A stretch of 64,000 nucleotides of DNA from Geopsychrobacteraceae bacterium (GCA_963662315.1 OY759353.1:1472001-1536000), one strand, 5' to 3'; positions 1 to 10,336 are shown, counted from the first letter of the stretch. Program-made: numbers and translations. Notes: generated by a model from the letters alone, not told the origin.

Positions 1-1163
1 AGCGTGATAATATCATCAACCTGAATATGATATTTTTTTGCCAGCCCCAATAACGTATCACCAGATTTCATCTGATAGCGGGAATAACTGGCTCGATCCT
101 CGACCGGTAACTGAGCATATTGCTCCATGATTTGAACTGCGGTTCCAAAAGGCACATGGAGCTGATAATTCTGTTCACCCGGCGGAGTACACCAGCGCTT
201 CAATTCGGGATTAAGCTCCCTTAACTGCTCATAACCAATACCAGCATAGTCGGCGATTATTTCCAGATCGGTGGTTGATGGAATTGTGATTGTTTCATAA
301 TTAAGGGGAGCAGAAAAATCAAGATCGGAAAAGCCATACTGATCAAGATTTTTGACGATATACAGAGTTGCCAGTAACTTGGGAAGATAGTTTTTGGTTT
401 CCTCGCGCAATACCTTGCCATTCACAAGAGTCCAGAAGTCCCTGCTATTGCTCGCCTTGATTGCTTTGCGGACCTTTCCTCCACCAGCATTATAAGCAGC
501 CACAGCGAGATACCAGTCACCGTCAAAACGATCATGCAGATATTTCAAATACCGCGCTGCCGCGTGAGTTGATTTTTCCAGATCAAGGCGACTGTCCAGC
601 CACCAGTTATTTTTCAGACCGTATAGACGCCCGGTCTGTTCAATAAACTGCCAGGGTCCGGCAGCATTCGCCCAACTGTATGCCCTGACATTGAACCCGG
701 ATTCGATCATCGCCAGATAGGCAAGATCAAGAGGGATCCCTTCGCTGGCAAACACCATCTGGATTTTGGGAATATAACGCCCTGAACGTTCCAGCCAGCG
801 CGAAAAAGTTTGGCGTTGCGCTCCAGTATAAAGCTTGATCAGCTTATCAACCCGTTGATGAGTGCTTAAAGGGAAATCATCGTGATAAGGGACACTGCGC
901 TCATCATCAAGGTAGGCGCCGACCGCCTCCGGCAGATCCGGAATTCCCGGCAGCAGGTAGGTTGTGCTGGTAACCGGCTCCTCGTCTGCGACAGCTTCAG
1001 TTACAGCCGAGCCACATGTCTCTTCCGGCGCAACCGGCTGAAGAACGCAGGGAGCGGACAACTCAGATTCTGTCTTGCCTATCTGCTCGCTTACCTGCGG
1101 CACCCGCAATTGGCAACCGGCGATCAACAGGAGTAAAAATAAAAATTTTATAATTCGTAGCAT
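1..1163 (-). CDS. MltD-like lytic murein transglycosylase lipoprotein (SLT domain, probably LysM), 3' end truncated by window edge
   Basis: Not in the ORF track because the stop lies outside the window. Manual translation from ATG at 1163 (GGAGG RBS): MLRIIKFLFLLLLIAGC lipobox, then SLT motifs LAMIESGF, AAGPWQFI, LAVAAYNAG. Confidence 0.85.
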   Translation of the reverse strand, partial: MLRIIKFLFLLLLIAGCQLRVPQVSEQIGKTESELSAPCVLQPVAPEETCGSAVTEAVADEEPVTSTTYLLPGIPDLPEAVGAYLDDERSVPYHDDFPLSTHQRVDKLIKLYTGAQRQTFSRWLERSGRYIPKIQMVFASEGIPLDLAYLAMIESGFNVRAYSWANAAGPWQFIEQTGRLYGLKNNWWLDSRLDLEKSTHAAARYLKYLHDRFDGDWYLAVAAYNAGGGKVRKAIKASNSRDFWTLVNGKVLREETKNYLPKLLATLYIVKNLDQYGFSDLDFSAPLNYETITIPSTTDLEIIADYAGIGYEQLRELNPELKRWCTPPGEQNYQLHVPFGTAVQIMEQYAQLPVEDRASYSRYQMKSGDTLLGLAKKYHIQVDDIIT

Positions 1164-1224
1164 GCACGACCTCCAGGTCGTTGTCTCTTTTATTGGAACT
1201 TTCTTATGCTTATCCGTTCGAAAG

Positions 1225-2898
1225 TTACCGGATTACCTCATCATTGTCAAGTTTGCAGAAATCCGCCAGAAGTTCATCCTCTTCAGGCCAGAACCGCTGC
1301 TGCATTTCAGCCATCAAGGGGGTGAAGCTCTTGCGGTCAAAAGCGGAAACGGCAATGGCATTATAACGACGGCATAAATGGGGCACATCCTCAGCCGGGA
1401 CCTGGTCTATCTTGTTAAACACCAGCAGCCGTTGCTGCTTGCCCAGCTCCAGATCATCCAGAATGCGATCAACCGCAGTTATCTGTTCATCAAAGCGTGG
1501 ATTGGACAGGTCAACCAGGTGCAGCAGAAGATCAGCATCTTCCAGTTCTTCAAGCGTAGCCTTGAAGGCACCGACCAGACTGGCGGGCAAATCGCGGATA
1601 AAACCGACGGTATCGGTAATGATGACCTCGCGCTCCATGGGAAAACGCAAACGCCTGGTGGACGTATCGAGGGTCGCAAACAGCAGGTTTTCAGTGAAAA
1701 CGTCACTCTGGGTCAAGGCATTTAGCAGCGTAGATTTTCCGGCATTGGTATATCCGACAATAGAGACAATCGGCACTCCGGCCCTGACCCGTTTCTGACG
1801 ACGTTGCTTCCGTCCACGCTCCAGTTCGTCGAGCTGCTTTTCCAGACGACGAATTTTATCCCGGGTGCGACGCCGGTCGATTTCCAGCTTGGTTTCACCG
1901 GGACCGCGTCCGCCGATCCCGCCGGCCAAGCGCGACAATGCCGTCCCTTTGCCGGACAGACGCGGCATAATATAGCGCAGCTGGGCTAATTCGACCTGCA
2001 CCTTACCATCACGCGACTGAGCCCGGCGGGCAAAAATATCAAGAATCAGCTGGGTCCGGTCGATAACCTTCATCTCGGTAATTTCAGAAATGGAACGCAC
2101 CTGGGTCGGGGTCAGATCCTGATCAAACACCAGTAGCGTCGCCCGGCGTTGCAGAGCATTGATAATAATCTCACGCAACTTACCTTCCCCAACCAGAAAC
2201 CGCGGATGGAACTTACGCGGCCGCTGGATAACCTTATCTATAACGGAAAGGTCAGCGGTACGAGCCAGTTCTTCCAGTTCGTCAAGGGAATCTTCCACTT
2301 CTTTGCGAGTCCCCTGACCAACAGTAATCAACAGGGCCCGTTCGCGCCCTTCATCAAGAACCACCGTCTCTTCGGCGACATCTTCCATTTCCTGATCAAG
2401 GGCTCTGATAAAGGCCGGAAAATCAAGGTCAAGACTATAGAAATCGCGTAAGTCAACGGTTTCGATCTGTGCCGTTTTTTCTGTTGGCATCAGGTGCGCG
2501 TAGATCAGGCGTCCGGGCAGACCATCTTCACGCACCCCGATAGCGACCATGGCGTCAAGGCGTAGCAGTTCAAGGTCAGTCAGGTCGTCACGACTTAATG
2601 GTTCCTGTTTGAGGTGGGTATGAATACAACGCAGCCCGCGCAACCCGCTACGCCCCAGGCTGAAACCAGATAAGTCAGGGATGACGATTTCGCGATCATC
2701 CCCGACGATAACATACTGAATGGTTCCGGCCCGGTCGATGATCAGACCAATCTGACGCTGAATGTCATGGGACAATTCGGTGATGTAACGGGCCAATTCG
2801 CTGGTGATCAACTCACTGGCAGCGATTTTGCGGCGATAAATGCGCTCAAGGGCCTTTATGTGACTGGCTTTAAGACCTGTAATTTTACCTTCGATCAT
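1225..2898 (-). CDS. hflX: GTPase HflX (long form with N-terminal extension)
   Basis: GYTNAGKS P-loop, LFATLD, DTVGF, NKID and the HflX signature GGIGGRGPGETKLE. Confidence 0.95.
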   Translation of the reverse strand: MIEGKITGLKASHIKALERIYRRKIAASELITSELARYITELSHDIQRQIGLIIDRAGTIQYVIVGDDREIVIPDLSGFSLGRSGLRGLRCIHTHLKQEPLSRDDLTDLELLRLDAMVAIGVREDGLPGRLIYAHLMPTEKTAQIETVDLRDFYSLDLDFPAFIRALDQEMEDVAEETVVLDEGRERALLITVGQGTRKEVEDSLDELEELARTADLSVIDKVIQRPRKFHPRFLVGEGKLREIIINALQRRATLLVFDQDLTPTQVRSISEITEMKVIDRTQLILDIFARRAQSRDGKVQVELAQLRYIMPRLSGKGTALSRLAGGIGGRGPGETKLEIDRRRTRDKIRRLEKQLDELERGRKQRRQKRVRAGVPIVSIVGYTNAGKSTLLNALTQSDVFTENLLFATLDTSTRRLRFPMEREVIITDTVGFIRDLPASLVGAFKATLEELEDADLLLHLVDLSNPRFDEQITAVDRILDDLELGKQQRLLVFNKIDQVPAEDVPHLCRRYNAIAVSAFDRKSFTPLMAEMQQRFWPEEDELLADFCKLDNDEVIR

Positions 2899-2915
2899 TC
2901 ATTTATCCGATAATG

Positions 2916-2941
2916 AAAAGGGCCCCAGTACGGGGCCCTTT
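2916..2941 (-). terminator. Rho-independent terminator-like hairpin between fabI and hflX
   Basis: Minus strand AAAGGGCCCC-GTACT-GGGGCCCTTTT, perfect GC-rich stem followed by a T-run. Confidence 0.7.
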
Positions 2942-3027
2942 AAGTCATACAAGAGGTGACTTTTATCCCGCCTTTTACTGATTCAGCAAGCCTGAATCAG
3001 AACCAGACAGGGGGAAAACGGTTCATA

Positions 3028-3792
3028 TTATCCGGCAACGCTGAAACCACAATCGACATAGTGGATTTCACCGGTTACACCACTTGCCAGATCGGAAAGC
3101 AGATAAAGAGTGGCCTTACCAACTTCGTCCTGATGAACAAGTCGTTTCAGAGGAGCACGGTCTTCAGCAACTTTGAGCTTGTCCTTGAAACTTGCGATGC
3201 CGGAAGCGGCCAGAGTTTTGATGGGGCCTGCGGAAACGGCATTGACACGAATACCCTGCTCACCCAATTCAGCAGCCAGATAGCGTACGGAAGATTCAAG
3301 GGCGGCCTTGGCAACGCCCATGACATTATACTGAGGAACAGCGCGTACGGCACCGAGATAGGTCATGGTGACAATCGCAGCGCCTTCATTCAGGACCGGC
3401 AGAGCACAGCGGGTCATGGAAACCAGCGAATAAGCGCTGATATCGAGAGCCAGCTGGAATCCTTCACGACTGGTCTGGCTGAACGGCTGCTTCAAATCTT
3501 CACGGTTGGCAAAAGCAACGGCGTGGACAACAAAATCGACCTTGCCCCATTGTTTTTCCAATTCGGAAAAAACGGCGACCATCTCTTCTTCATTCTGCAC
3601 ATCACAAGGCAGAATGATTGTAGAATCAAGGCTTTCAGCCAGTGGCCGCACACGTTTTTCAAGTGCTTCATTCAGGTAGGTAAATGCGAGCTCCGCCCCG
3701 GCTGCACGCAATTGTTGAGCGATACCCCAGGCAATACTTTTATCGTTGGCAACTCCAAAGATAATGCCCTTTTTTCCGGTCATCAGTCCCAT
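3028..3792 (-). CDS. fabI: Enoyl-ACP reductase FabI
   Basis: GVANDKSIAWGIA, catalytic YNVMGVAKAALE, SAGPIKTLAA; start moved to ATG 3792 with AAGGAG RBS. Confidence 0.95.
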   Translation of the reverse strand: MGLMTGKKGIIFGVANDKSIAWGIAQQLRAAGAELAFTYLNEALEKRVRPLAESLDSTIILPCDVQNEEEMVAVFSELEKQWGKVDFVVHAVAFANREDLKQPFSQTSREGFQLALDISAYSLVSMTRCALPVLNEGAAIVTMTYLGAVRAVPQYNVMGVAKAALESSVRYLAAELGEQGIRVNAVSAGPIKTLAASGIASFKDKLKVAEDRAPLKRLVHQDEVGKATLYLLSDLASGVTGEIHYVDCGFSVAG

Positions 3793-3983
3793 AATTGAAT
3801 TATCTCCTTGATAAAATACAATACTAAAAGTGGTTGAACGGTCTTTTTTATCAAAAGAGACTGAATAAGGCAAGAAATGATGAATTTCCCCAGCTTTGTT
3901 ATATTATTATTGGTTCCCTCCCTAGGCATAAAATTTGGAATCTATTAGACTAACTAAAATTCAAAAATCAACAGGAGTACTCA

Positions 3984-5393
3984 ATGAAACAGACACTTTA
4001 CGACAAGTTGTGGAGTAACCATGTCGTCACTGAAGACGACAACGGCACCTGTCTGCTCTATATCGATCGTCAACTATTACATGAAGTCACCTCTCCCCAG
4101 GCTTTTGAGGGGCTGCGCTTGGCGGGCCGTAAGCCATGGCGTATCGATGCCAACCTGGCGGTTTCCGATCACAATGTCCCGACCGACAACCGCGCGGCCG
4201 GCATCAGTGATCCAGTTTCCCGCCTACAGGTCGAAACCCTGGAAAAAAACTGTGAAGAATTCGGCATCACCATTTTTAAAATGGATGATATCCGCCAGGG
4301 TATCGTTCACGTTATCGGTCCGGAACAAGGAGCAACTCTGCCCGGCATGACCATTGTCTGCGGCGATTCCCACACCGCCACTCACGGTGCCTTCGGTGCC
4401 CTCGCCTTCGGGATCGGCACCTCCGAAGTGGAACACGTTCTGGCGACCCAATGCCTGATTCAGAAAAAATCAAAAAGCATGCTGATTGAAGTTGAGGGGG
4501 AATTGCCTGCTGGATTGACTGCCAAGGATATTGTCCTGGCAATTATCGGTCGTATCGGTACAGCGGGCGGCACCGGTTATACCCTTGAGTTTGGTGGCAG
4601 CACCATCCGCAGTCTGTCGATGGAAGGGCGTATGACCATCTGCAATATGGCTATTGAAGCTGGTGCTCGGGCTGGAATTATTGGTGTGGACCAGACCACT
4701 ATTGACTATCTTAAGGGACGCCCGTTTGCTCCGAAAGGAGCAGAGTGGGATCAGGCAGTTGCCTACTGGCAGACTTTACGAACCGATCCGGGTGCAGAAT
4801 TTGACAAAGTGGTTCGCATCTCCGCCGAAGATCTGTTGCCGCAGGTGACCTGGGGCACTTCTCCCGAAATGGTGATCACGATTGATGACAAGATTCCCGA
4901 TCCAGCCCAAGAGGCTGATGAGACCAAACGGGCCGGCATGCAGGCCGCGCTGGACTACATGGGGCTTGAAGCAGGCACCCCGATCAGCGAAATATACCCT
5001 GACAAAATTTTCATCGGTTCCTGCACCAACGGTCGTATTGAAGATTTGCGAGCGGTCGCATCAGTCGTTAAAGGGCGTAAAATCGCTGGGAACATCAAAC
5101 AGGCCCTGATTGTTCCTGGTTCAGGCCTGGTACGCCAGATGGCGGAAGAGGAAGGGCTCGACAAAATATTTATTGAGGCTGGTTTTGAATGGCGGGAGCC
5201 TGGCTGTTCCATGTGCCTGGCGATGAATAACGATCGGCTCGCTCCGGGGGAACGCTGCGCATCGACATCAAACCGCAATTTTGAAGGACGTCAGGGCCAG
5301 GGAGGCCGGACTCACCTGGTCAGCCCCGCCATGGCCGCAGCTGCGGCTGTGACCGGTCATTTCGTCGATGTTCGCCAGATGGAGGTGCAATAA
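3984..5393 (+). CDS. leuC: 3-isopropylmalate dehydratase large subunit
   Basis: [52 protein letters not shown]. Confidence 0.97.
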   Translation: MKQTLYDKLWSNHVVTEDDNGTCLLYIDRQLLHEVTSPQAFEGLRLAGRKPWRIDANLAVSDHNVPTDNRAAGISDPVSRLQVETLEKNCEEFGITIFKMDDIRQGIVHVIGPEQGATLPGMTIVCGDSHTATHGAFGALAFGIGTSEVEHVLATQCLIQKKSKSMLIEVEGELPAGLTAKDIVLAIIGRIGTAGGTGYTLEFGGSTIRSLSMEGRMTICNMAIEAGARAGIIGVDQTTIDYLKGRPFAPKGAEWDQAVAYWQTLRTDPGAEFDKVVRISAEDLLPQVTWGTSPEMVITIDDKIPDPAQEADETKRAGMQAALDYMGLEAGTPISEIYPDKIFIGSCTNGRIEDLRAVASVVKGRKIAGNIKQALIVPGSGLVRQMAEEEGLDKIFIEAGFEWREPGCSMCLAMNNDRLAPGERCASTSNRNFEGRQGQGGRTHLVSPAMAAAAAVTGHFVDVRQMEVQ

Positions 5394-6034
5394 TGGAAAA
5401 ATTCGTAACCTTTAGCGGTCTGGTCGCTCCCCTTGACCGGGCCAATGTCGATACCGATGCAATTATTCCCAAACAGTTTCTCAAGTCAATCAAGCGTACC
5501 GGTTTCGGGCCCTACCTGTTTGATGAATGGCGTTACCTGGACCAGGGTGAACCCGATATGGATTGCAGCAACCGGCCGCGAAATCCCGATTTTGTTCTGA
5601 ACCTGCCCCGCTATCAGGGGAGTCAAATCCTGCTGGCCCGAAAAAACTTCGGTTGTGGGTCATCCCGCGAACATGCCCCCTGGGCTCTTCTGGGCTACGG
5701 CTTTAAAGTCATCATCGCGCCGAGCTTCGCCGATATCTTTTTCAACAACTGCTTCAAAAACGGCATCCTGCCTATCGCCCTTTCAGAACCGCAGGTTGAT
5801 GAACTTTTTACTGCAGTTGCTAGCCAGGAAGGTTATCAGCTCACCGTCAACCTGCATGAGCAGATTATTATCACTCCGGCAGGTAAAACCTACACCTTTG
5901 ACATTGATTCGTTCCGCAAGCACTGTCTGATTAACGGCCTGGACGATATTGGCCTGACATTAGAAAAGGTCGATACCATTGAAGCGTTCGAAAAGCAACG
6001 GCGCGACTCCCAACCCTGGTTATTTCAACGTTGA
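5393..6034 (+). CDS. leuD: 3-isopropylmalate dehydratase small subunit
   Basis: [33 protein letters not shown] overlap with leuC. Confidence 0.97.
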   Translation: MEKFVTFSGLVAPLDRANVDTDAIIPKQFLKSIKRTGFGPYLFDEWRYLDQGEPDMDCSNRPRNPDFVLNLPRYQGSQILLARKNFGCGSSREHAPWALLGYGFKVIIAPSFADIFFNNCFKNGILPIALSEPQVDELFTAVASQEGYQLTVNLHEQIIITPAGKTYTFDIDSFRKHCLINGLDDIGLTLEKVDTIEAFEKQRRDSQPWLFQR

Positions 6035-6090
6035 AATCCCTTCCCGGCCAGGCAGGTAAGAGGAGTAGGCCATTGGATCAGCAAACGACA

Positions 6091-6123
6091 AAAGGCGAAG
6101 CGGAGCAAATCCGCTTCGCCTTT
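6091..6123. terminator. Hairpin downstream of leuD, possibly a bidirectional terminator
   Basis: AAAGGCGAAGCGGA-GCAAA-TCCGCTTCGCCTTT, perfect 14-bp stem. Confidence 0.7.
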
Positions 6124-6376
6124 AGACCTATACCAGAGCTAAAGGCCTCCGGCAGAGCTCTTTTGGACTCAGCACGGAGGTAACTGCTCTTGGTCTGAAT
6201 ATGTCTTCATATACACTCTCACCTTCTATCTAAAAATTCTGACCCGTATTACCATACTCAATCGTTCTGGGAACAAACAAAAATAGGCCATATCTTCATG
6301 GCAATAATTGATAACCAGGACTTATACTGCTAATGATCTGAACGGAAAAGTTATCATCAGTTTAAAAGGGAGCGTG

Positions 6377-7909
6377 ATGGCAAAACGTAGCGGCAGCAGT
6401 CTCAGCAAATCATTAATTCTGAAAGGGCTTCAGTGCCCGAAAGCATTATGGCTGAGTAAAAATCCACCGGATTTTGAATTACCACCGCACCCTGATCGGG
6501 AAGCCAAGTTCACAGCCGGAACAGATGTCGGCGTCCTGGCCCGGCAACTCTTCCCTGGCGGCGTTGAAGTCCCTTATGAAGGGCTGTCATTTCCTGTCCA
6601 ATTGGCCAGAACCAAAGAACTGATTGGGCAGGGAGCAGAAATCATCTACGAAGCCAGCTTTTCATTTTCAGCTATTTTTGTAAAAGCCGATATTCTGGTG
6701 CGTAGTCACAACGGCTGGCAGCTTCATGAAGTAAAAATGGGAACCAGTGTGAAACCGGTCAATCTGGATGATGTCGCGATTCAGCATTATGTCCTGAATG
6801 GCTGTGATCTGAAAATCACCAATGACTTTCTCGCCCATATCAACACTGACTATATCCGTCAGGGCGATATCGATGTCCAGCAGCTGTTTACCACAGAAGA
6901 TATCACCGCCAAAGTCATGGCACGTCTGCACAGCCTGCCTGAAATCGTTCAGGAATGCCGCCAGACACTGGCAGAGCATCACGAACCATGCATCCAGATC
7001 GGACCCCAGTGCCATACGCCCTATGAATGTGAATTTGTCCCTTACTGTTGGCAGCACATTCCACAACCTTCCATTTTCGATCTGCACGGCAAAGGAATTG
7101 ATAAATTTGCCCTGTACCGCCAGGGGTATGTCCATTTTTCCGATCTGCCCTTGGAGCTTTTGAGCGCCAGCCAGCACCAGCAGGTTGAGGCAACTCTGCA
7201 GCACGATGATTTTATTGATAGTGATAAAATCAGTGCATTCCTTACCGGTCTCTGGTACCCCATCTGTTTTCTAGAGTTAGCAACCATCAACGCACCAATT
7301 CCTCCGTTTGACGGTGTCAGACCCTATGAGCAGATTCCATTTCAATTTTCGCTTCACGTTCAGCATTGCCGGGGGGCGGAGCCTGAGCATCACAAGTTTC
7401 TGGCCGATCCGGGTAGCGATCCTCGCGTGCAACTGGTAGAGAATCTCCTGTCGACCATTCCAGAACAAGCCTGCGTTCTTACCTACAATCAGAGTTTTAC
7501 GAAAACCGTTCTATGCAATTTGGCAGAACTGTTTCCTGGCCTGACAACAAAGCTTTTAACCAGGGTTGCGAACATTCGTGACCTTATGGAACCTTTTCAG
7601 CAGTGTCATCTCTATTACTGGCAATTGAATGGCTCCTGTTCCATAAAAAATGTACTATCGGTTCTGGCGCCTGAATTTTCCTGGGCAAATCTGGAAATTT
7701 CCGCTGGCCAAACTGCTCAGCGCGCTTACCTGCAATTAAAGGATCTGCCCGATGCTCGTGGCCGCGAAGTTCTGACCCAAGCCCTGCTTAACTATTGCCG
7801 CCTTGACACTCTTGCCATGGTTGTTATCCTGAACAAACTGATAGAGATCACCGATGCCACGAAGAGATCAACCGAAAACAATAAAGAAGCCAGGACGTTA
7901 GAACCATGA
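6377..7909 (+). CDS. DUF2779-family protein: Cas4-like PD-(D/E)XK nuclease domain plus RNase H-like domain
   Basis: LSKS..GLQCPKALWL, KADIL..HEVK, C-x5-C-x5-C (GPQCHTPYECEFVPYCW), RPYEQIPFQFSLH, YCRLDTLAM; ATG 6377 after GGGAG. Confidence 0.8.
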   Translation: MAKRSGSSLSKSLILKGLQCPKALWLSKNPPDFELPPHPDREAKFTAGTDVGVLARQLFPGGVEVPYEGLSFPVQLARTKELIGQGAEIIYEASFSFSAIFVKADILVRSHNGWQLHEVKMGTSVKPVNLDDVAIQHYVLNGCDLKITNDFLAHINTDYIRQGDIDVQQLFTTEDITAKVMARLHSLPEIVQECRQTLAEHHEPCIQIGPQCHTPYECEFVPYCWQHIPQPSIFDLHGKGIDKFALYRQGYVHFSDLPLELLSASQHQQVEATLQHDDFIDSDKISAFLTGLWYPICFLELATINAPIPPFDGVRPYEQIPFQFSLHVQHCRGAEPEHHKFLADPGSDPRVQLVENLLSTIPEQACVLTYNQSFTKTVLCNLAELFPGLTTKLLTRVANIRDLMEPFQQCHLYYWQLNGSCSIKNVLSVLAPEFSWANLEISAGQTAQRAYLQLKDLPDARGREVLTQALLNYCRLDTLAMVVILNKLIEITDATKRSTENNKEARTLEP

Positions 7910-8385
7910 ATGAATTGAAGTGGACTATAAAAGAGAATAAAGAGGTTGTCTATCAGGGGACACTGCAGGACATGAAGCTTTTTACCGGACAGGCCAGACT
8001 CGAAGAGAAGGGGATCCTTTACGGTGAAGGCGAATGCCGTAATGGTATTAAAATCGGAGCCTGGCGGCATTACCACACCAATGGCCAACTCTTGTCACGC
8101 GAAACCTATGATGATCAAGGGCGCAAACAGGGCCTTTCGGAGCTGTTCTATGACAATGGCAGCCCATGGAATACGACCTGTTATAAAGATGGCAAACCGG
8201 TCGGAAAGGTATTACGTTACTATGAAAGTGGTGAACTTAACAGCCGCAGTTATTTTGACCCTGCCGGAAACAAACTATCTCATCACGAATTCTACATGAA
8301 TGGCAACTTGCGCCTGGAACAAACCTTCAGGAATGGACGTCTGATCAAAGAGCAGAGGTACCAAGAAGATGGTACCCCCTGGTGA
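7906..8385 (+). CDS. MORN-variant repeat protein (YwqK antitoxin-like family)
   Basis: Repeated Y(H/Y/D)xNG/SG..G units (YHTNGQL, FYDNGSP, YYESGEL, FYMNGNL); ATGA overlap with the upstream gene; no signal peptide. Confidence 0.75.
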   Translation: MNELKWTIKENKEVVYQGTLQDMKLFTGQARLEEKGILYGEGECRNGIKIGAWRHYHTNGQLLSRETYDDQGRKQGLSELFYDNGSPWNTTCYKDGKPVGKVLRYYESGELNSRSYFDPAGNKLSHHEFYMNGNLRLEQTFRNGRLIKEQRYQEDGTPW

Positions 8386-8441
8386 AATGCAGTATTGGAT
8401 TTGAGGCTTACACAAAACAGGTTCAGAATTAACCCAGGCAA

Positions 8442-9215
8442 TCAAGACTCACCCATCAATCTTGAAATTTCCGCACTTACTGCCAATAGCCTGGCCAATT
8501 GTTCCTGACGACTGTCCTGGGTAAAACGAAAGGCAGGGCCCACAATAACCAGGGCAGCAGGAACCTTGTTTTCATAATCAAAGATCGGAGCAGCAATAGC
8601 AGCAATCCCCTCTTCGCTCTCCTGATCATCAACGCAGTAACCCTGCTGACGAACCAATTCCAGCTCATTCCTTATTTTTTCAGTGTCAATATGGGGATGA
8701 ATTTTTTGCGCCCTTGCCAGCACCTTATGAACAAAGTCAGGCTCAGTATAAGCCAACAGGACCCGCCCGGCAGCACTTGGGCTTAGCTCCATAACATCAC
8801 CTTCATTAATAGAAAACACTAGGCGTGAGGAGCCCATTTCACGAGCCATGCAGATACATTTTACCCCATCGACGGCAAACAAAGCTGTCGATTCCCCCGT
8901 ATCGAGGGTCAACTGTTTCATGAAGGGGGTTGCTATCGATTTAAGAGAGTTACTCTTTTCGTATACCTTGCCTAAAACCATAAGCTTTGGCCCGAGGCAA
9001 TAGTGAGTTCGGGACGTACGCACCAGATATCCGGACTTGATCAACGTTCCACACAATCTGTGAACACGACTCTTATACAGACCAGATCTGTCACATAACT
9101 GATTTAATGACAGCTCTGTCTCATGCGTGTTGAAGCAATCAAGTATCTCCAATGCTTTAAGAACAGCATCAACCAAGGGTACCGCAGCGGCTTTTGTTTC
9201 TGTCATCTTAGACAT
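8442..9215 (-). CDS. IclR-family transcriptional regulator
   Basis: N-terminal HTH (KALEILDCF..KSRVHRLCGTL..GYL), SAAGRVLLA, IAAIAAPIFD effector domain. Confidence 0.92.
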   Translation of the reverse strand: MSKMTETKAAAVPLVDAVLKALEILDCFNTHETELSLNQLCDRSGLYKSRVHRLCGTLIKSGYLVRTSRTHYCLGPKLMVLGKVYEKSNSLKSIATPFMKQLTLDTGESTALFAVDGVKCICMAREMGSSRLVFSINEGDVMELSPSAAGRVLLAYTEPDFVHKVLARAQKIHPHIDTEKIRNELELVRQQGYCVDDQESEEGIAAIAAPIFDYENKVPAALVIVGPAFRFTQDSRQEQLARLLAVSAEISRLMGES

Positions 9216-9617
9216 GATCCCCTATTCAGTTTTCATTCCGAGTATCCGGATGGCAACGACTTGTAAAAAGTTGAAGCGTTAGCGACCTCTACCATATTGA
9301 TAAAAATTTAAACAAGAGACAGATTAACACAGAGTAGCCACAATAGTACATTTTTATCCTACCTGACGGACAGAGCGCCTAAACCCTGACATTTCCCGGT
9401 ATAGGTAGCCATTCGTCACCGATTCTGGCTTCTCATGCAATTTTCAAACGTATTGACAAGCGCGACTTTCATATTTTCCCAGCATCCAACTTTTTTATCC
9501 GCAGAGGTTCAAATAGAAACACATTATCGGTCATAATACAGGCAAGGTCCCCTTGCATCATGGGCAGGATTATCCCGGAAAAATGACGGCGTTGATTGTA
9601 GAACCCAAGGAGAACAA

Positions 9618-10238
9618 ATGCCTGAGCCACATTTAAAAGAGTTAACGATAGAAGATCTTGAAAAACAGCCCGTTTCTCTCTTCACCAATTGGCTTAGAGA
9701 GGCAGAACAGGCGATCATTCCTCACGCCAATGCCATGACGCTGGCAACGGTAGATGCTCAGGGGCAGCCAGCAGCACGTATCGTTTTGCTGCGTGGCTTT
9801 GATGAGCGCGGTTTCTGCTTTTATACCAATTACGGAAGTGACAAGGGGCAACACCTGTCCACCAATCCCCATGCAGCACTGGTCTTTTTCTGGCCTCAGC
9901 TGAAGCGCCAGGTACGGGTTGAAGGACGCGTGGAGATTGTCCCGGAAAGTGAATCTGATAGCTATTTTGCCAGCCGGCCACGTGGTCATCAACTCTCGGC
10001 ACACGCATCAAGGCAGAGTCAGGTTATTGATAATCGTGCCATTCTTGAACACCTGCAGAAAACGGCTGAAGAACGCTTTGCCGGACAGGAAGTCCCCCGT
10101 CCTGAAGACTGGGGAGGTTATCGTGTTGTGCCGGTGCGGATCGAGTTTTGGCAGGAAGGAGAAGACCGATTACATGACCGGTGGCGCTACTATAAAGAAC
10201 CAGGGCAGGGTTGGGTTAGCGAACGGCTTTCGCCCTGA
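9618..10238 (+). CDS. pdxH: Pyridoxamine 5'-phosphate oxidase
   Basis: NAMTLAT, ARIVLLR, FYTNYGSDKG, RQVRVEG, EFWQ..RLHDR, RLSP terminus; AAGGAG RBS. Confidence 0.95.
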   Translation: MPEPHLKELTIEDLEKQPVSLFTNWLREAEQAIIPHANAMTLATVDAQGQPAARIVLLRGFDERGFCFYTNYGSDKGQHLSTNPHAALVFFWPQLKRQVRVEGRVEIVPESESDSYFASRPRGHQLSAHASRQSQVIDNRAILEHLQKTAEERFAGQEVPRPEDWGGYRVVPVRIEFWQEGEDRLHDRWRYYKEPGQGWVSERLSP

Positions 10239-10336
10239 GCGATTAATTTGTCGATGTTCAGAAAAAGATGATCCGGCCAGGATCCAAGAGAGAGAAGATC
10301 ATCCTGATTCTGACTTTTAAGAAAGGATAACGCTAC

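Noticed and set aside
2956..3798. 280-aa ORF antisense to fabI, and similar long shadow ORFs (e.g. 27653-28348, 33399-34001, 56491-57039)
   Set aside because: They lie opposite well-supported genes and have no motifs of their own
6130..6190. Partial resemblance to a c-di-GMP-I riboswitch (GCTAAAGGCCTCCGG)
   Set aside because: Lacks the GGCAAAC..GAAA..GGGACGCAAA P2 core; kept only as an unclassified hairpin
9360..9412. CCTAAACC...GGTATAGGTAGC resembling riboswitch P3
   Set aside because: The rest of the aptamer is absent
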